Program-made: the position numbers and the translations under genes
Notes under the pieces: model-generated
Databases searched by the model: none
Told to the model about the DNA's origin: nothing
Seen by the model: the letters and a program-made list of their open reading frames with translations, nothing else
Source of the DNA: a virus
Lineage: Duplodnaviria; Caudoviricetes
Length of the DNA stretch: 62,944 bases
Strand: one strand, 5' to 3'
Virus record (IMG/VR): IMGVR_UViG_3300025853_000079
Coordinates: 1-62,944 of that record
Shown: in pieces, positions 35,241-45,833 of the stretch
Layout: every line of letters starts with the position of its first letter
Position numbering within the stretch: the first letter of the stretch is position 1

Positions 35241-37548
35241 CCTCGTCCAGCGGCCGCGGCTCCTGCTTGGTCGTGGCCTGCTGCAGCTCGACGACCGGAA
35301 CACCGAGAAACTGTTGAACCCGCTCCATCGTCGGCTGCCAGTTCTCCGTCAGCTGCTCGTAAGTGACCTCGAGCTTGTCATGCAGGTCGAGACGCCTGAG
35401 CCGCTCAGCGAGTAGCTGATCGTTCCACTGTTTGAACCATCGCAATTCATCGCGACTGACGTCGATGACCGGCCGGTGTTCCTGCTGCTGCTCTTTCCAG
35501 CGGCCGATTGTGTTCGCGACCTTCCAGCTGGCGAACTGCGCGAGCTGATCCTCTCGCCGCAGGACGATGATCTTCACGAACGGATCGTCTGCGATCTCGT
35601 CCCAGCCCGTCGCCCATTGCTCCGGATCGTTGTCCCACGGCTGGAACGCCAGCAGCTTGAAGCCAGCAGCGATGCACGGTCCGATTCGCTCCCAGGCTGC
35701 CCGAACGCGTTCGCGACCTTCGCTCGGTAGCGGGATGCAGTGCCCAGCGTTGAGCACCTCGCCGCGTGTCTGAATCTCGGGATGCTTGCCCAGTGAGCTG
35801 ATCAGCAGCGTGGAACCGGTCCGCGGCTGCGCGAGCACGATGAACCGCTCCGGGCCGCAATCGTCCCGCTCGAGGTGCTCGCACTCGACCGACCAATCCA
35901 GCAACGATCGCCACTGGCCGGCCCTGAGTTGCTCGTAGAACGCCCCGTCGTAGTCCGCGGTCGATCCGTCGCGAGTGATCGAAAACCGCCTGAGAACGCC
36001 CCTGCGGAGCAGGACGCACCCGAAACCGTTGCCGGTCACCTCGACGACGCCGGCACCACCCTGCAGGCAGCGGCCAATCGTGTGCCAGGCCACAATCCCG
36101 GGCTGGTATCGGTGCCGGTACGCCCCGCTGACGCTGGCGACGTCGCCCTCCATCGAGGCCGTCAGCCGCTCGATGGCATCTGCCGGCGGAATGATGTCGT
36201 CCTCAACGATCACCGCGAAATCGGTCGACAGCTCGGCCGCCATGCGGCGATAGATACGCACGACGGCCGTCTGTACTTCGTACCGCGTCGCCCCGTCGTG
36301 CCGATCAGCGTCGGCGACGCCCGCTGTCGCCGCCTCGTGGCGATACAGCCGCACGTCCGGGTAATCCGTCACGTCGACCCATCGACGCACGAGGGCGTGA
36401 AATCGGGCGTTCTGGGACGTGTCGCAGAGCACTAGCCGAATCTGGTCCCGCGGCCACGTCTGCGACTCCAGCCACGCTCGGAACTTCGGCCATGCCCACT
36501 CGCGGCCGGACAGCGCGACGAACAGTGTCAGCACCTCGCTCTGCATCCCGAAACGCACGGCCCACGGATTCTGTTTTACCTTGCGGAGCCGTGAGTGTGA
36601 GTGCTGCCGATACTGATAGATCGCTGTCGATTTCCGAAACTGCCACCCATTCGCCGCCAGACGCCGCCAGACCGCCCAATCCTCGAACGATTCCATCGAG
36701 ACCGAGCTGCAATCGACATTCGACGCAATCAGAGCCGTGCGTCGCACGATCGCCCCGGCATGGATGTGGTTTTCCTGGTTGAGCCGCAGCTGGTCCGGTG
36801 CCGGCATTTCCCACAGTTCTGCCGAGTTCCCGAAACACTGCATGTCCGAGTACACCGACCCAACCGTGTGCTCGTCCAGCAGCGGCAGCCCTTTTTCGAG
36901 GTAGTCGAGCGGCAGCAGATCATCCGCGTCAAGAAAGACGACAAACCTGGCCGACGTCCTCGCGAGCCCGTCAAGTCTGGCGTTGTGTACGTTTCGATGC
37001 TCGACCCGCAGGTATTTAACGCCTTGGCTGGCAAACCGGGCCGCTACGTCGGCCGTGTCGTCGTCGCTCGCGTCGTCAACGACGATAATCTCGGCCGGCT
37101 TCGTGGCGATAGCTGATTCGAGGCAGGCTGCGAGGTAACGGCCGTAATTGTGGCACGGGATGACGATCGCTACCGGATGCGGCCCGGACAGTTTTCGGAC
37201 AGCTGCTGTCGCACTCTGTCCGCTTTCTGTCCGCTTCAGGTCGCTGCAGGATCCGCACCAGCTGATGCTCTGATCGGTCGCCCTCCGGAGCTCCGTACAG
37301 CGGCCGTGCAGCTCGCAGCTGTATGACGGGATCGACGTCTGGCAGGACACGCAACCGGCGCGGCCCGCATAGCCGCCGCGATGCTCGCAGCGGTTTTTCT
37401 GCCAGTAGGCCACCTCGGCGGCGTCTTCCGCCTGTCGCCTCGCGTCCCGGTGCCGTCTCGCCGGCCTCTTCCCGTGAACCGGGCACGAGCTCGCGGGCTG
37501 TCGGCTGGTCGCGCACTTGCCATCCGGCATAACCTGCGGGCATTTCAC
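35191..37548 (-). CDS. Cys-rich N-terminus, two GT2/GT-A glycosyltransferase domains and an Stf0-like sulfotransferase
   Basis: IVIPCHNY, VVDDASDD and FLDADD; second domain IVEDD and GFGCVLL; C-terminal PRTGSTLL, GFKL, LRREDQLAQFAS and VTYEQL. Confidence 0.85.
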   Translation of the reverse strand: MKCPQVMPDGKCATSRQPASSCPVHGKRPARRHRDARRQAEDAAEVAYWQKNRCEHRGGYAGRAGCVSCQTSIPSYSCELHGRCTELRRATDQSISWCGSCSDLKRTESGQSATAAVRKLSGPHPVAIVIPCHNYGRYLAACLESAIATKPAEIIVVDDASDDDTADVAARFASQGVKYLRVEHRNVHNARLDGLARTSARFVVFLDADDLLPLDYLEKGLPLLDEHTVGSVYSDMQCFGNSAELWEMPAPDQLRLNQENHIHAGAIVRRTALIASNVDCSSVSMESFEDWAVWRRLAANGWQFRKSTAIYQYRQHSHSRLRKVKQNPWAVRFGMQSEVLTLFVALSGREWAWPKFRAWLESQTWPRDQIRLVLCDTSQNARFHALVRRWVDVTDYPDVRLYRHEAATAGVADADRHDGATRYEVQTAVVRIYRRMAAELSTDFAVIVEDDIIPPADAIERLTASMEGDVASVSGAYRHRYQPGIVAWHTIGRCLQGGAGVVEVTGNGFGCVLLRRGVLRRFSITRDGSTADYDGAFYEQLRAGQWRSLLDWSVECEHLERDDCGPERFIVLAQPRTGSTLLISSLGKHPEIQTRGEVLNAGHCIPLPSEGRERVRAAWERIGPCIAAGFKLLAFQPWDNDPEQWATGWDEIADDPFVKIIVLRREDQLAQFASWKVANTIGRWKEQQQEHRPVIDVSRDELRWFKQWNDQLLAERLRRLDLHDKLEVTYEQLTENWQPTMERVQQFLGVPVVELQQATTKQEPRPLDEVIRNPDQLPESLASPV

Positions 37549-39305
37549 AGAATCGACTCCAGCGCGTTCCAGAAGTAGGCCGGCAGGAACTGCGAATCGT
37601 CAGCGTCGCCGGCAGTCGTCGTGTCGAGGAAATACTGGCCATAGACCAGCACAATCGAGCCGTTCGCCAGCGTCTCATATGCTCCGCTGACCCATGTCGT
37701 CGAGGTTTGCGTGAAACCGCTGTATTGGCCGGTCACGTAACACCGCTCGAACGGTGTCCCGCCAGCGACCGCCAGCGGCCATTGTGACGGCGTCAGCGTG
37801 TCGAACGTCCGGTCGACTGGCAGCGTTCGTGCGCTTACGCCCGCGCCGATCACGCTCTCTGGCGTCGCTACGATCGCAATGTCATCCGTCGGCGCCAGGT
37901 ACGTCCAGGTGAAACCCGGGTCGGTCAACGACAGACTCGACCCCAGCGCAGCCAGGAGACCGTTATCGCTCGCTGTCGGGACACCACCGCCCGTGATCGT
38001 GCAGGCGTACGGCAACGCGACAGCCAGCACCTTCGCGGATCCTGTCGATGCCCAGCTCGCGAGCTCGGAGATTGACGCCGGCAGCGTCCCTGCTGCGTTC
38101 AGGCCGCCCATGATCGATCCGTCGAGAGCTATCGCCCGGACGCCCGTCAGATCACTGCTGCCGATCGGCTGCAGCGTGTCGTCAGCCCAGCCCTGCCACC
38201 AGCCGACGTGTGGCACTGTGCTCGGTCGCGAGCTCTCGTAACTGCTCCAGATCGCTTCCAGATCAATCGGCCCGTAAAGCCCTGACGAATACCTGCCGGC
38301 CCAGTCGCTTCCTCCGTGCGTCCAGCACACGGCCACTGGTGGACAATCCGCCGCCTTATCAGCGTCAGACGTGTCGCCGGCCCAGGTGAGTGAGTGAATC
38401 ACCGGATCGTCGATTGATTCGCATTCGTGAGCGTTGTTCTCGTGCTCGTGACGAACACCCGGAACCGTGATCGATTCGCCGTTGTATGTGACGTCGAACT
38501 CTTCTGGTGCCGTGCTGCGGTACCAGGCTCCGTATGTCGCGTTCAGCTGGTCTTTCGTCGGAGTGAGCCGACTTCCGTCTTCGTTAAACAGTTCGTCGTA
38601 AATGATGATTGTGGGTCGCTGCACGGGCCAGGTTGCCACCGCCTGACTGCGAGCACAGCGAATGCAGCCGATGTCGATGGCCAGCGGAACGTCAACCGTC
38701 GGATCGCTCGGGTAATAGGCCGACGAGATCAGGCCGGCACCTGCGGCATTCCAGTCCTCGTTAAACCCGAACGCCACCGGGTCGCCGTCAGCAGACACCC
38801 AGGAGTTGAAGCTGCTCAGCGTGTGCCGGTACGCATAGCCAGCCTCGACCGCATAGAGCACCCCATCGCGAACCGGCCCCAGCTGGAGCACGTTGTCGAC
38901 GGCACCCGCGTCCAGATCACGCACTCTGGCTGTCCAGCGTCGTGCGTAGTAGCCGCCGAGCCCGGCCGGCGGGTCGTCACCCGTGTACCAGCTCGGCTTC
39001 TCGTAGATGAACTCTGACGATTCCTCGAGCAGCGTCGGCGCGGCGATTGTCGTCGCCGCGTCCCGCATCTCATCGAGGAACTCGCGATTCTCCGTGTCGA
39101 ACCGCAGCCGCCAGAGCAGCGACGTCGGCCCTTCCTGCCAGTCGAGCAGCTCATGGTGATACAGCGGAAACGTCCGGATGTCGCGGCCGCCCGTGCCGCT
39201 GAAATCCCGGTCGCCTCGCCATCGAATGACCGTCCTGGCGTGACACGTCAGACAATCGAGACAGTCACCGCAAGCGGCCCCGGGCAAGCTGACTGTCGGG
39301 CTCAT
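37545..39305 (-). CDS. Putative tail-tip or receptor-binding protein
   Basis: Late position, Cys-rich N-terminus, translationally coupled. Confidence 0.55.
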   Translation of the reverse strand: MSPTVSLPGAACGDCLDCLTCHARTVIRWRGDRDFSGTGGRDIRTFPLYHHELLDWQEGPTSLLWRLRFDTENREFLDEMRDAATTIAAPTLLEESSEFIYEKPSWYTGDDPPAGLGGYYARRWTARVRDLDAGAVDNVLQLGPVRDGVLYAVEAGYAYRHTLSSFNSWVSADGDPVAFGFNEDWNAAGAGLISSAYYPSDPTVDVPLAIDIGCIRCARSQAVATWPVQRPTIIIYDELFNEDGSRLTPTKDQLNATYGAWYRSTAPEEFDVTYNGESITVPGVRHEHENNAHECESIDDPVIHSLTWAGDTSDADKAADCPPVAVCWTHGGSDWAGRYSSGLYGPIDLEAIWSSYESSRPSTVPHVGWWQGWADDTLQPIGSSDLTGVRAIALDGSIMGGLNAAGTLPASISELASWASTGSAKVLAVALPYACTITGGGVPTASDNGLLAALGSSLSLTDPGFTWTYLAPTDDIAIVATPESVIGAGVSARTLPVDRTFDTLTPSQWPLAVAGGTPFERCYVTGQYSGFTQTSTTWVSGAYETLANGSIVLVYGQYFLDTTTAGDADDSQFLPAYFWNALESIL

Positions 39306-41569
39306 GCGACGCCCTCCGGAATGCAATCACCCTCGATCACCTGCCACTCGTCGCCCCACTTCAACGCGTACAGGACGCCGCTGGTGATGCTCAGGGACGC
39401 CGTGCGGTCGAAGTAGAAACAATCTTCGCGATCGCTCGACATTACGCTCGGGCAGTCGTCAGGAGCGTCGGCCGTCGGCAGTGTGTCGCAGAGCAGTTCC
39501 GTCCGCAGTCGGTCAATGATCTTTCGCGACCTGCTGACGGCGGTGATCGGACTGCCGGCCCACACTCGCGATCGTCCGTACTCGAGAGAGTTTGTCGGCG
39601 CCCACGGGTCCGCGGGAATCAGCGGCCGCAGCGTAATCTCGGCCCATTGCCAGGAATGATCGAACCGGTCCGTAATCAGGCAGTCGATCCTGATCGGCAG
39701 CTCTTTCCAGATGCCTTCCTCGGTCTGCAGGTCACAGAAATCGACGGCGGGATCGTCAAGCCGCTCCAGCTCTTTCGGGTGCAACGTCCACTGGCTGGTA
39801 ATCAGCCCGACAATCCGGTCCTGGCTGAATGCCCCCTGCCGATGTAGCTGGACGAGCATTGTGTCGACGCCGAATTCCGGCCCGACAGAATGGACGAACG
39901 TCTTTCCCGTGCCCGCGTCAATCAGGACGTGATCGTCAAACCCGGTCTGGTTCCACGCGACAAAGCCCGCGAAGCAGTAGGCGTGTCGCTGCTGAACCCA
40001 TTCGAGATAATTGTCAGCTGCCGCCTTTGCGAAGCGGAAATACCGGTCGCCGTAGAACTCATCGTCGATCAGGCCGGCCGCCTGATTGGCGTGTGTGTCC
40101 GATCGATTGATTCGGTCGAGATGCCACTCGCGATCGATTTCGTCTGGATCTCCGTCACATGTTCCATCATCGATGATAATTTCTTCGGTCTCGTGCGAAT
40201 CGTCGAACGCGTACCACTGACGGCCGACCCAGCTCGACACGAATATCTTGCGAGCCGAGCCCGGCACGATATTGAACGCGCCTAGCTTCTCCGTCAGAGC
40301 CCGCAGTGTCCGCGTTCCCGGTCCATGCAACGCCTGCGACCACGGATAGTCAGACGGCATGTCAGCCTGCTCTGTGACGTCGGCCGGCAGGTCAGCGTCG
40401 TCGTATTCGCAGAGCTTCCGGAACACAATGTCGATCACTTCCGGAGCCGTTGTCTGGTGATGAAACGGCAGTTTCGCGATCGCGTCGATCTTCAGCTTCT
40501 GCTTGAGCTCTGCCTCTGACGAATGCGGCAGCAGGCGAATCCCGCCGGCTACGATTGTTCGCTGCTCGAGGTTGATCTGGTGCCTGTTGAGTGACGACTC
40601 AGGATCGATCAGTCGTAGGTGACCGCTCCAGTCCCGCACGACTCGCCGGCCGCAGGAGTGAGCCAGGGCATCCAGAATCTCAGCCGCGTTGTGGTGCGGT
40701 CGATCGAGCTCGACGCGATCAGGATAGAACCAGGCATCCTCATCGATCGGGTCCGGGTCGAGGTAGATTCTGACAACCGCCTGGCCAGAGCCGGTCACCG
40801 TGTTGGTGCTTCCGCCGATCGTCACACCTTGCACGATGTTCGGGTCTGGAGGCGGTGGATCCTCATCGAGCTCGCCGAACATGGCCGCGCGAGAATCGAG
40901 CGAGTACCGAATGATTCGGAGCCAGCCGTTCCACGTCTCCTTGATGGTCGTCGAGGTTTCCGGAACGCTGGCATCCGAGTCGAGCAACGACTCCGGAATC
41001 CGTGCCGGCAAGCTGGCCCACTGCCAGAAGTATCGAGCGTCAACCAGTGGCAGGAGCCACAAATCGGGATCCGGGTCCGTGCGGTCGATCTGCACTGTCT
41101 GGTCGATGATCGCCACCGGTTGCGGTTCCAGCGGCGTCATGCCGACAGACAGCACAGAACGCCCCTCGGCGTCCGTGCTCACGGCATCCGGGGAAATCGT
41201 CCCGTCAAACTCGGAATCGCCGATAACGAGCTGCTGCGGTCGCAGGTATCGCAGGTCGCCGCGTTTGTTGAACTGCTTCAGCACTTTCACCAGCTGCTCG
41301 CGATCGAGAATCGCGACAAACGTCGCGAACCTCGCCGCACCAGTCGGCCAGTGCAGTTGATTCGGTTTCAGCGGAGGTGATTCCGGATAGTTCGGTCGCG
41401 GCAACGGAGTCGCCGGCTGCGTGTCGCCCACGGAACCGGACCGGTCCGCAGTACGCACGATCGTCGGCCCCGGAAAGAGTCTCGCCCTGTCCAGTCCCGT
41501 ACGCTCGCAACGCGTCGCGGCCTCGCCGTACGCATCGAGCAGCAGATTGACGCCCGCGAATCGGATCAT
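39302..41569 (-). CDS. Putative tail hub/baseplate protein
   Basis: 755 aa in the tail operon; LWLLPLVDARYFW and ILDALAHSCGRR segments. Confidence 0.55.
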   Translation of the reverse strand: MIRFAGVNLLLDAYGEAATRCERTGLDRARLFPGPTIVRTADRSGSVGDTQPATPLPRPNYPESPPLKPNQLHWPTGAARFATFVAILDREQLVKVLKQFNKRGDLRYLRPQQLVIGDSEFDGTISPDAVSTDAEGRSVLSVGMTPLEPQPVAIIDQTVQIDRTDPDPDLWLLPLVDARYFWQWASLPARIPESLLDSDASVPETSTTIKETWNGWLRIIRYSLDSRAAMFGELDEDPPPPDPNIVQGVTIGGSTNTVTGSGQAVVRIYLDPDPIDEDAWFYPDRVELDRPHHNAAEILDALAHSCGRRVVRDWSGHLRLIDPESSLNRHQINLEQRTIVAGGIRLLPHSSEAELKQKLKIDAIAKLPFHHQTTAPEVIDIVFRKLCEYDDADLPADVTEQADMPSDYPWSQALHGPGTRTLRALTEKLGAFNIVPGSARKIFVSSWVGRQWYAFDDSHETEEIIIDDGTCDGDPDEIDREWHLDRINRSDTHANQAAGLIDDEFYGDRYFRFAKAAADNYLEWVQQRHAYCFAGFVAWNQTGFDDHVLIDAGTGKTFVHSVGPEFGVDTMLVQLHRQGAFSQDRIVGLITSQWTLHPKELERLDDPAVDFCDLQTEEGIWKELPIRIDCLITDRFDHSWQWAEITLRPLIPADPWAPTNSLEYGRSRVWAGSPITAVSRSRKIIDRLRTELLCDTLPTADAPDDCPSVMSSDREDCFYFDRTASLSITSGVLYALKWGDEWQVIEGDCIPEGVA

Positions 41570-41715
41570 TTCTCAGCAGTGTCCTGTTTCCGCCCGCCGA
41601 ACCCGGTTCCAGTTCGCTGCCAGTGCGGATTTTTCTTTCGCGCTGGAGCTGGCGCCGGTTTCGGTGGAGCTGCCGCTGGTTTCGGCGTTGTGGTGGTCTT
41701 TTTTTCGTCGCTCAT
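41566..41715 (-). CDS. 49-aa Pro/Ala/Lys-rich protein missing from the ORF track
   Basis: MSDEKKTTTTPKPAAAPPKPAPAP...; ATGA overlaps with both neighbouring genes. Confidence 0.65.
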   Translation of the reverse strand: MSDEKKTTTTPKPAAAPPKPAPAPARKKNPHWQRTGTGFGGRKQDTAEK

Positions 41716-42224
41716 GTCGTCAGATCCCATTCAAAGTCCGTTGAGAACGTCAGGGCCAAATCCCCGACCTTTTCGCCGTTTCCTTTCTGCGGCGGATCGC
41801 TGTGAACCGGCTGCAGAGCGTTGATCACGATTCGCTCACTGCTGTCGTTCACCGGCACCCATGTTGCGAGAGCTTTCAGGACCAGCCGCTTGAGCTCCAG
41901 CAGTCCTTCGACCGAATCAGTCATCCAGTCCTCGGAGCTTCCCGCCTGATCGGTGCGACGGTTCGAGAACAGGATGACAGTTGCTCCGGTGTGCTCGACC
42001 AGTGAGTGATGTCCGCCCCCTGTGAACTCGGCATCGTCATACGCGCCCTGCATCGGCAGGACAGCACCCCAGATGCCGTTGCGCTTCGATGACTGCTCAG
42101 CCTGCTCGGCAGACGCGACCAGCGTCAGTGTCGTCGAATTGAACACGCTGACCTGATCGCGCAGACGTGCCACGATGGCGTCGAGAATCGCCTTCTGAGT
42201 TGTTGCAACACTACCCGCGGCCAT
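41712..42224 (-). CDS. Putative tail terminator/completion protein
   Basis: 170 aa; ILDAIVARL start and alpha/beta pattern. Confidence 0.5.
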   Translation of the reverse strand: MAAGSVATTQKAILDAIVARLRDQVSVFNSTTLTLVASAEQAEQSSKRNGIWGAVLPMQGAYDDAEFTGGGHHSLVEHTGATVILFSNRRTDQAGSSEDWMTDSVEGLLELKRLVLKALATWVPVNDSSERIVINALQPVHSDPPQKGNGEKVGDLALTFSTDFEWDLTT

Positions 42225-45200
42225 CAGCTCACCACCGTGTCAGGAATCGTTTCGGAGCCGCCTGAGTCGCTCGGCAGCAGCAGGCCCAGACCTGCCAGAT
42301 CGAATGTCCGCTGCATCCACTCATGCAGCAGGCCAGCGCGGTCGTTGGTGACCGTGATCGTCCAGGCGTCGTCGATGCGGAACTGCTGATTGCCGGCAAA
42401 TGCGGCCGCCAGCGGCCCGCCGGGATAGAGCTCTGTCATCTGAACCAGCGACAGCTCGTCAAAGTAGACTTTGCGAGTGCTCGGCGGTGCTGTGCTGAAT
42501 CGAACCCGCAGGAACACCAGGTCTGGCATTTTCTTCGGCGTCCGGAAAATCGGATCGCCGGACGCCAGGACGTCAGCCAGTGCCTGGAATGACGTCGTCA
42601 GGTCCGTGCAGTTGACCGTCAGTGTGTTTGCGTTGCCCTGCTCGTCGTTGATCACGGTCCCGCTGATGCCGTCCACCAGCGACAGCTGGATCACTCCCGA
42701 CGCCGCGGCCGTGTTCACCGTGATGAAGCAATTCGCGGCGTAGGCCGTCTCTGGCTGCAGCGTCGTCAGCTTGTAGTCGAGCTGCGTCAGCGTGCTCGCG
42801 TCCGACTCGAAGTAGATCGCATAGCTGCCGGCATAGACCTGAGTGTCGCCGCTGGTCGTCGTGTCGTGAGTGATCGCCCCGCTGGTTGAGCTTCCCTGTG
42901 TCGTTGTTGTGATCGCCCCGCTGGCCGTCGATCCCGTCAGGCTCGCCGTGCTGTACGTGAAGTCTGCGACGTCCTGCGCTGCCAGTGCTCCGCTGAACGT
43001 CGCCGTCCAGGGTCCGCCGTCCGAACCCGTCACGGAGAATGTTGCGATCCCAAGAGCATCGAGAGCCGCCTCGACGGCTGCCGCGGTCGCATCCCAGTCG
43101 ATCGCCGACGTCGTGCTTGCGGAGTGCGTCAGCGTGAACGTGCCGCCCTCAGTGTTGCCGAGCGTGATCGTCTGCTGCTCGTCGATGCCGGCCGATCCCG
43201 TCTGCGTCTCGGCGATGGAATACTTCAGTTTGTCGTCATCGACGTCGATCAGCGAAACATCGCCGAGAGACGATGGAAACGTGATCGTGACCGGTGTTCC
43301 GGGAAGCGGCCCACCTCCGCAGGTTACCGCACTCAGCCCTGTAATCGTGCGGAGCTGCGTCTGCACGTCGGCCGCTGCGTCGTTGTAGTCGATCGTCACG
43401 GTCTCGCCGCCGTACGTCAGGTCGATTGTGCCCTGTGTAGGTGTGCCAGCGACTGTCAGCGTCTGCACTTCGGATGTGCCACCACTACCACCATTCTGCT
43501 GCACCGTGATGATCGCGTCGCCAGTCGGGAATGACTGCTCCCCGACACTGAACGTACCCATGTTCGTTTCGGCCAGATCGTTAACGAACTCGATTGCGAA
43601 AACCTTATTCAAGGGTGACGTCACGATCCCGGTGACCGTTACGTTGCCGCTTCCGATTGCCGAAATCCCCTCTAGCGCTGCCTGCACCGTCGAGGGTGTC
43701 ATGGTGTCCCAGGAGATTGCCGCACTGTACTCGCTGCCCGGCAATTTCAGCTTAAAGTTGCCACTCAGGTTTGACACACCACCGTTATTGCCATCCTGCA
43801 CTTTGTTGGCTGCGTAGGAACCCCCACCGGTCAGGTTGGTGCTGTCGACTGTTGCATCAGTGACGTCCGCCGCGTTTGCCGTCAGAAAGTAAAACGCGGT
43901 TTGTCCGGTGCCCGACGTTGTCGAGTCGGGCGAATACGTCATCAGTGCATCATTTTCAGCCGACGCGTGCGCGTCGTTCCAGGCCTTTGCGATTTCGTAG
44001 GCTGTCGCATTGTAGGCAATGTTTGTGACCTGATCCCCATTGACCGTCAGGTCGAACGTGCCGCCGCTAACCGTTCCTGTCTTGTCGATCGTAAACTCTT
44101 CCGCTGTGAGCGGTGCGTTCCACGTTAGGAACTGGATTTCGTTTGTCCCTGCAGTCCCTGGCGTCGTTTCCGCCATGCTGGCCGACATACTGCTCGTCAG
44201 GCTAGTCACGTCAACGCCCATCAGATTGACAGCTGAATTCGCCAGGCTGCCCGTGAACTCGATCGTCGTCGCTGCCGGCAATGGCCCGCTGCCGATCGTC
44301 GTCGTATCCACTCCGTCGATCGCCTCGATGGCCGTGTCCAGTGTCGCGTTGCTCGCGTTGTACGCGATGGTTCCCGATTCTTTGCCATCCAGGCTCAGCG
44401 TGAATGTTCCCCCGCTTGCTCCGTAGAGCGTGAGTGTCTGGATCTCGTTCTGGGCGGGAACACCTTTGACCGCTTCGGTAATCGTGATCGATGGCGTCGA
44501 GCCCGTGAGGCTTCCGGCGTCGACCGTTCCGTTTTCGATGTTCGTTTTCTCGAGGTTGCCCGCGAACGAGATCGTGATGTCGGTATCCGGCAGGTCACCG
44601 CCGGTGCAAACGACGTCGCCGGACACTGGTGTCGTCAACGCCTCGATAGCCGTCTGCACGGTCGCCGCTGTCGCGTTGTACGCGATCGCCCCGGTCGTCT
44701 CGTCGCCGCTGCCAAAATCCCAGGTGATCGTAAACGTGCCGCCCTCGGCATTCGTCAGCGAGAGCACTTGCACCTCGTTCGTGCCGCTGGCTCCTGTCAT
44801 CCGATTCGTTGACGTCAGTTGCGTCACGTTGCCGCCTGCGCCAAGGAATGTGATCGTGTGCGTGTAGTTCGGATCGGTGCCGGTCGCCGTGACCGTGACG
44901 CTGCCGAGCCCGTCGAGCTTCCTGAGAGCTGATTGCACTGCCGACGCGTTCGCGTTGTACGCAATCGGGTCCGTCGTCTGCGTCTTACTGTCGGAGTTCA
45001 CGTAGTGAAGCAGGTAATACCCGCCCGTCGGCGTGCCGCTGACCTCGACCGTCTGCACCTCGGGCGAGGTGAATTTGACGTCGACGCCCGGGCTTCCGAC
45101 CGAGCAGATAAACCCTCGCGGCAGATCGCCCTCCGTCGTTTTCTTGTCGAAGCCACCTTCCGATATCAGGCTCGTCGATGGCGACGTTACGGCCAGCGTC

Positions 45201-45787
45201 GCGCTGGCTCCGCTGGTTCCAGGCCAGTCGACGTCGAACGCATCCAGTGCCGCACCCTGCGAAATTGTCAGCGCAGTGCCAACGTCGTTCGCCGCTTCGA
45301 CCGTGATTGTTTCCGCGATCGCGTGCTCCTGTACGAGCCCGTCGCCTCGCTTCTCTGTCGCGACCACCAGCCCATTGCCGTCAGGGCTCCCGCTGGCAGC
45401 TGCAGTCACGCCAACGGCCGACGCGTCGACGGAATCTGAATCGTTCTCCATCTGCTCTATCAGCGTCTCCAGGGCGGTCGTAATGTTCTTCGACGCCAGT
45501 GCCGCGTCCTGGTCGAAGACCTCGATCAGGTACTCTCTGGCGACCGTCTTCAGCGTGCTGAGCGTTCCATCGGCCCCGCCAATCATCGCGGAGTCAGCAT
45601 CTTTAACCCCCGCGATGATCGCGGTCAGGTCGATGTCATCCGCGACGTTTTCGAACTGAGTGACGATATCCTCGATCTCGTCTCGGACCGTTGTCCCGGC
45701 TGCCGTGACCGTCACGCTCATTGCGTGAAAGATCCGCCCCAGAACGTCGAACAGGCCGGCCGATCCGTCTTGAAGTGTTACTGTCAT
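42224..45787 (-). CDS. Large virion protein with about seven tandem ~100-aa beta-rich repeats
   Basis: Recurring (N)EVQTL...GGTFTL...IAYNA.A..VQ.ALE.L units. Confidence 0.75.
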   Translation of the reverse strand: MTVTLQDGSAGLFDVLGRIFHAMSVTVTAAGTTVRDEIEDIVTQFENVADDIDLTAIIAGVKDADSAMIGGADGTLSTLKTVAREYLIEVFDQDAALASKNITTALETLIEQMENDSDSVDASAVGVTAAASGSPDGNGLVVATEKRGDGLVQEHAIAETITVEAANDVGTALTISQGAALDAFDVDWPGTSGASATLAVTSPSTSLISEGGFDKKTTEGDLPRGFICSVGSPGVDVKFTSPEVQTVEVSGTPTGGYYLLHYVNSDSKTQTTDPIAYNANASAVQSALRKLDGLGSVTVTATGTDPNYTHTITFLGAGGNVTQLTSTNRMTGASGTNEVQVLSLTNAEGGTFTITWDFGSGDETTGAIAYNATAATVQTAIEALTTPVSGDVVCTGGDLPDTDITISFAGNLEKTNIENGTVDAGSLTGSTPSITITEAVKGVPAQNEIQTLTLYGASGGTFTLSLDGKESGTIAYNASNATLDTAIEAIDGVDTTTIGSGPLPAATTIEFTGSLANSAVNLMGVDVTSLTSSMSASMAETTPGTAGTNEIQFLTWNAPLTAEEFTIDKTGTVSGGTFDLTVNGDQVTNIAYNATAYEIAKAWNDAHASAENDALMTYSPDSTTSGTGQTAFYFLTANAADVTDATVDSTNLTGGGSYAANKVQDGNNGGVSNLSGNFKLKLPGSEYSAAISWDTMTPSTVQAALEGISAIGSGNVTVTGIVTSPLNKVFAIEFVNDLAETNMGTFSVGEQSFPTGDAIITVQQNGGSGGTSEVQTLTVAGTPTQGTIDLTYGGETVTIDYNDAAADVQTQLRTITGLSAVTCGGGPLPGTPVTITFPSSLGDVSLIDVDDDKLKYSIAETQTGSAGIDEQQTITLGNTEGGTFTLTHSASTTSAIDWDATAAAVEAALDALGIATFSVTGSDGGPWTATFSGALAAQDVADFTYSTASLTGSTASGAITTTTQGSSTSGAITHDTTTSGDTQVYAGSYAIYFESDASTLTQLDYKLTTLQPETAYAANCFITVNTAAASGVIQLSLVDGISGTVINDEQGNANTLTVNCTDLTTSFQALADVLASGDPIFRTPKKMPDLVFLRVRFSTAPPSTRKVYFDELSLVQMTELYPGGPLAAAFAGNQQFRIDDAWTITVTNDRAGLLHEWMQRTFDLAGLGLLLPSDSGGSETIPDTVVS

Positions 45788-45833
45788 CGAGCCGTTTCCA
45801 GCTCAGTCCGTCGCCTCGGTACGTCCGATGGCG

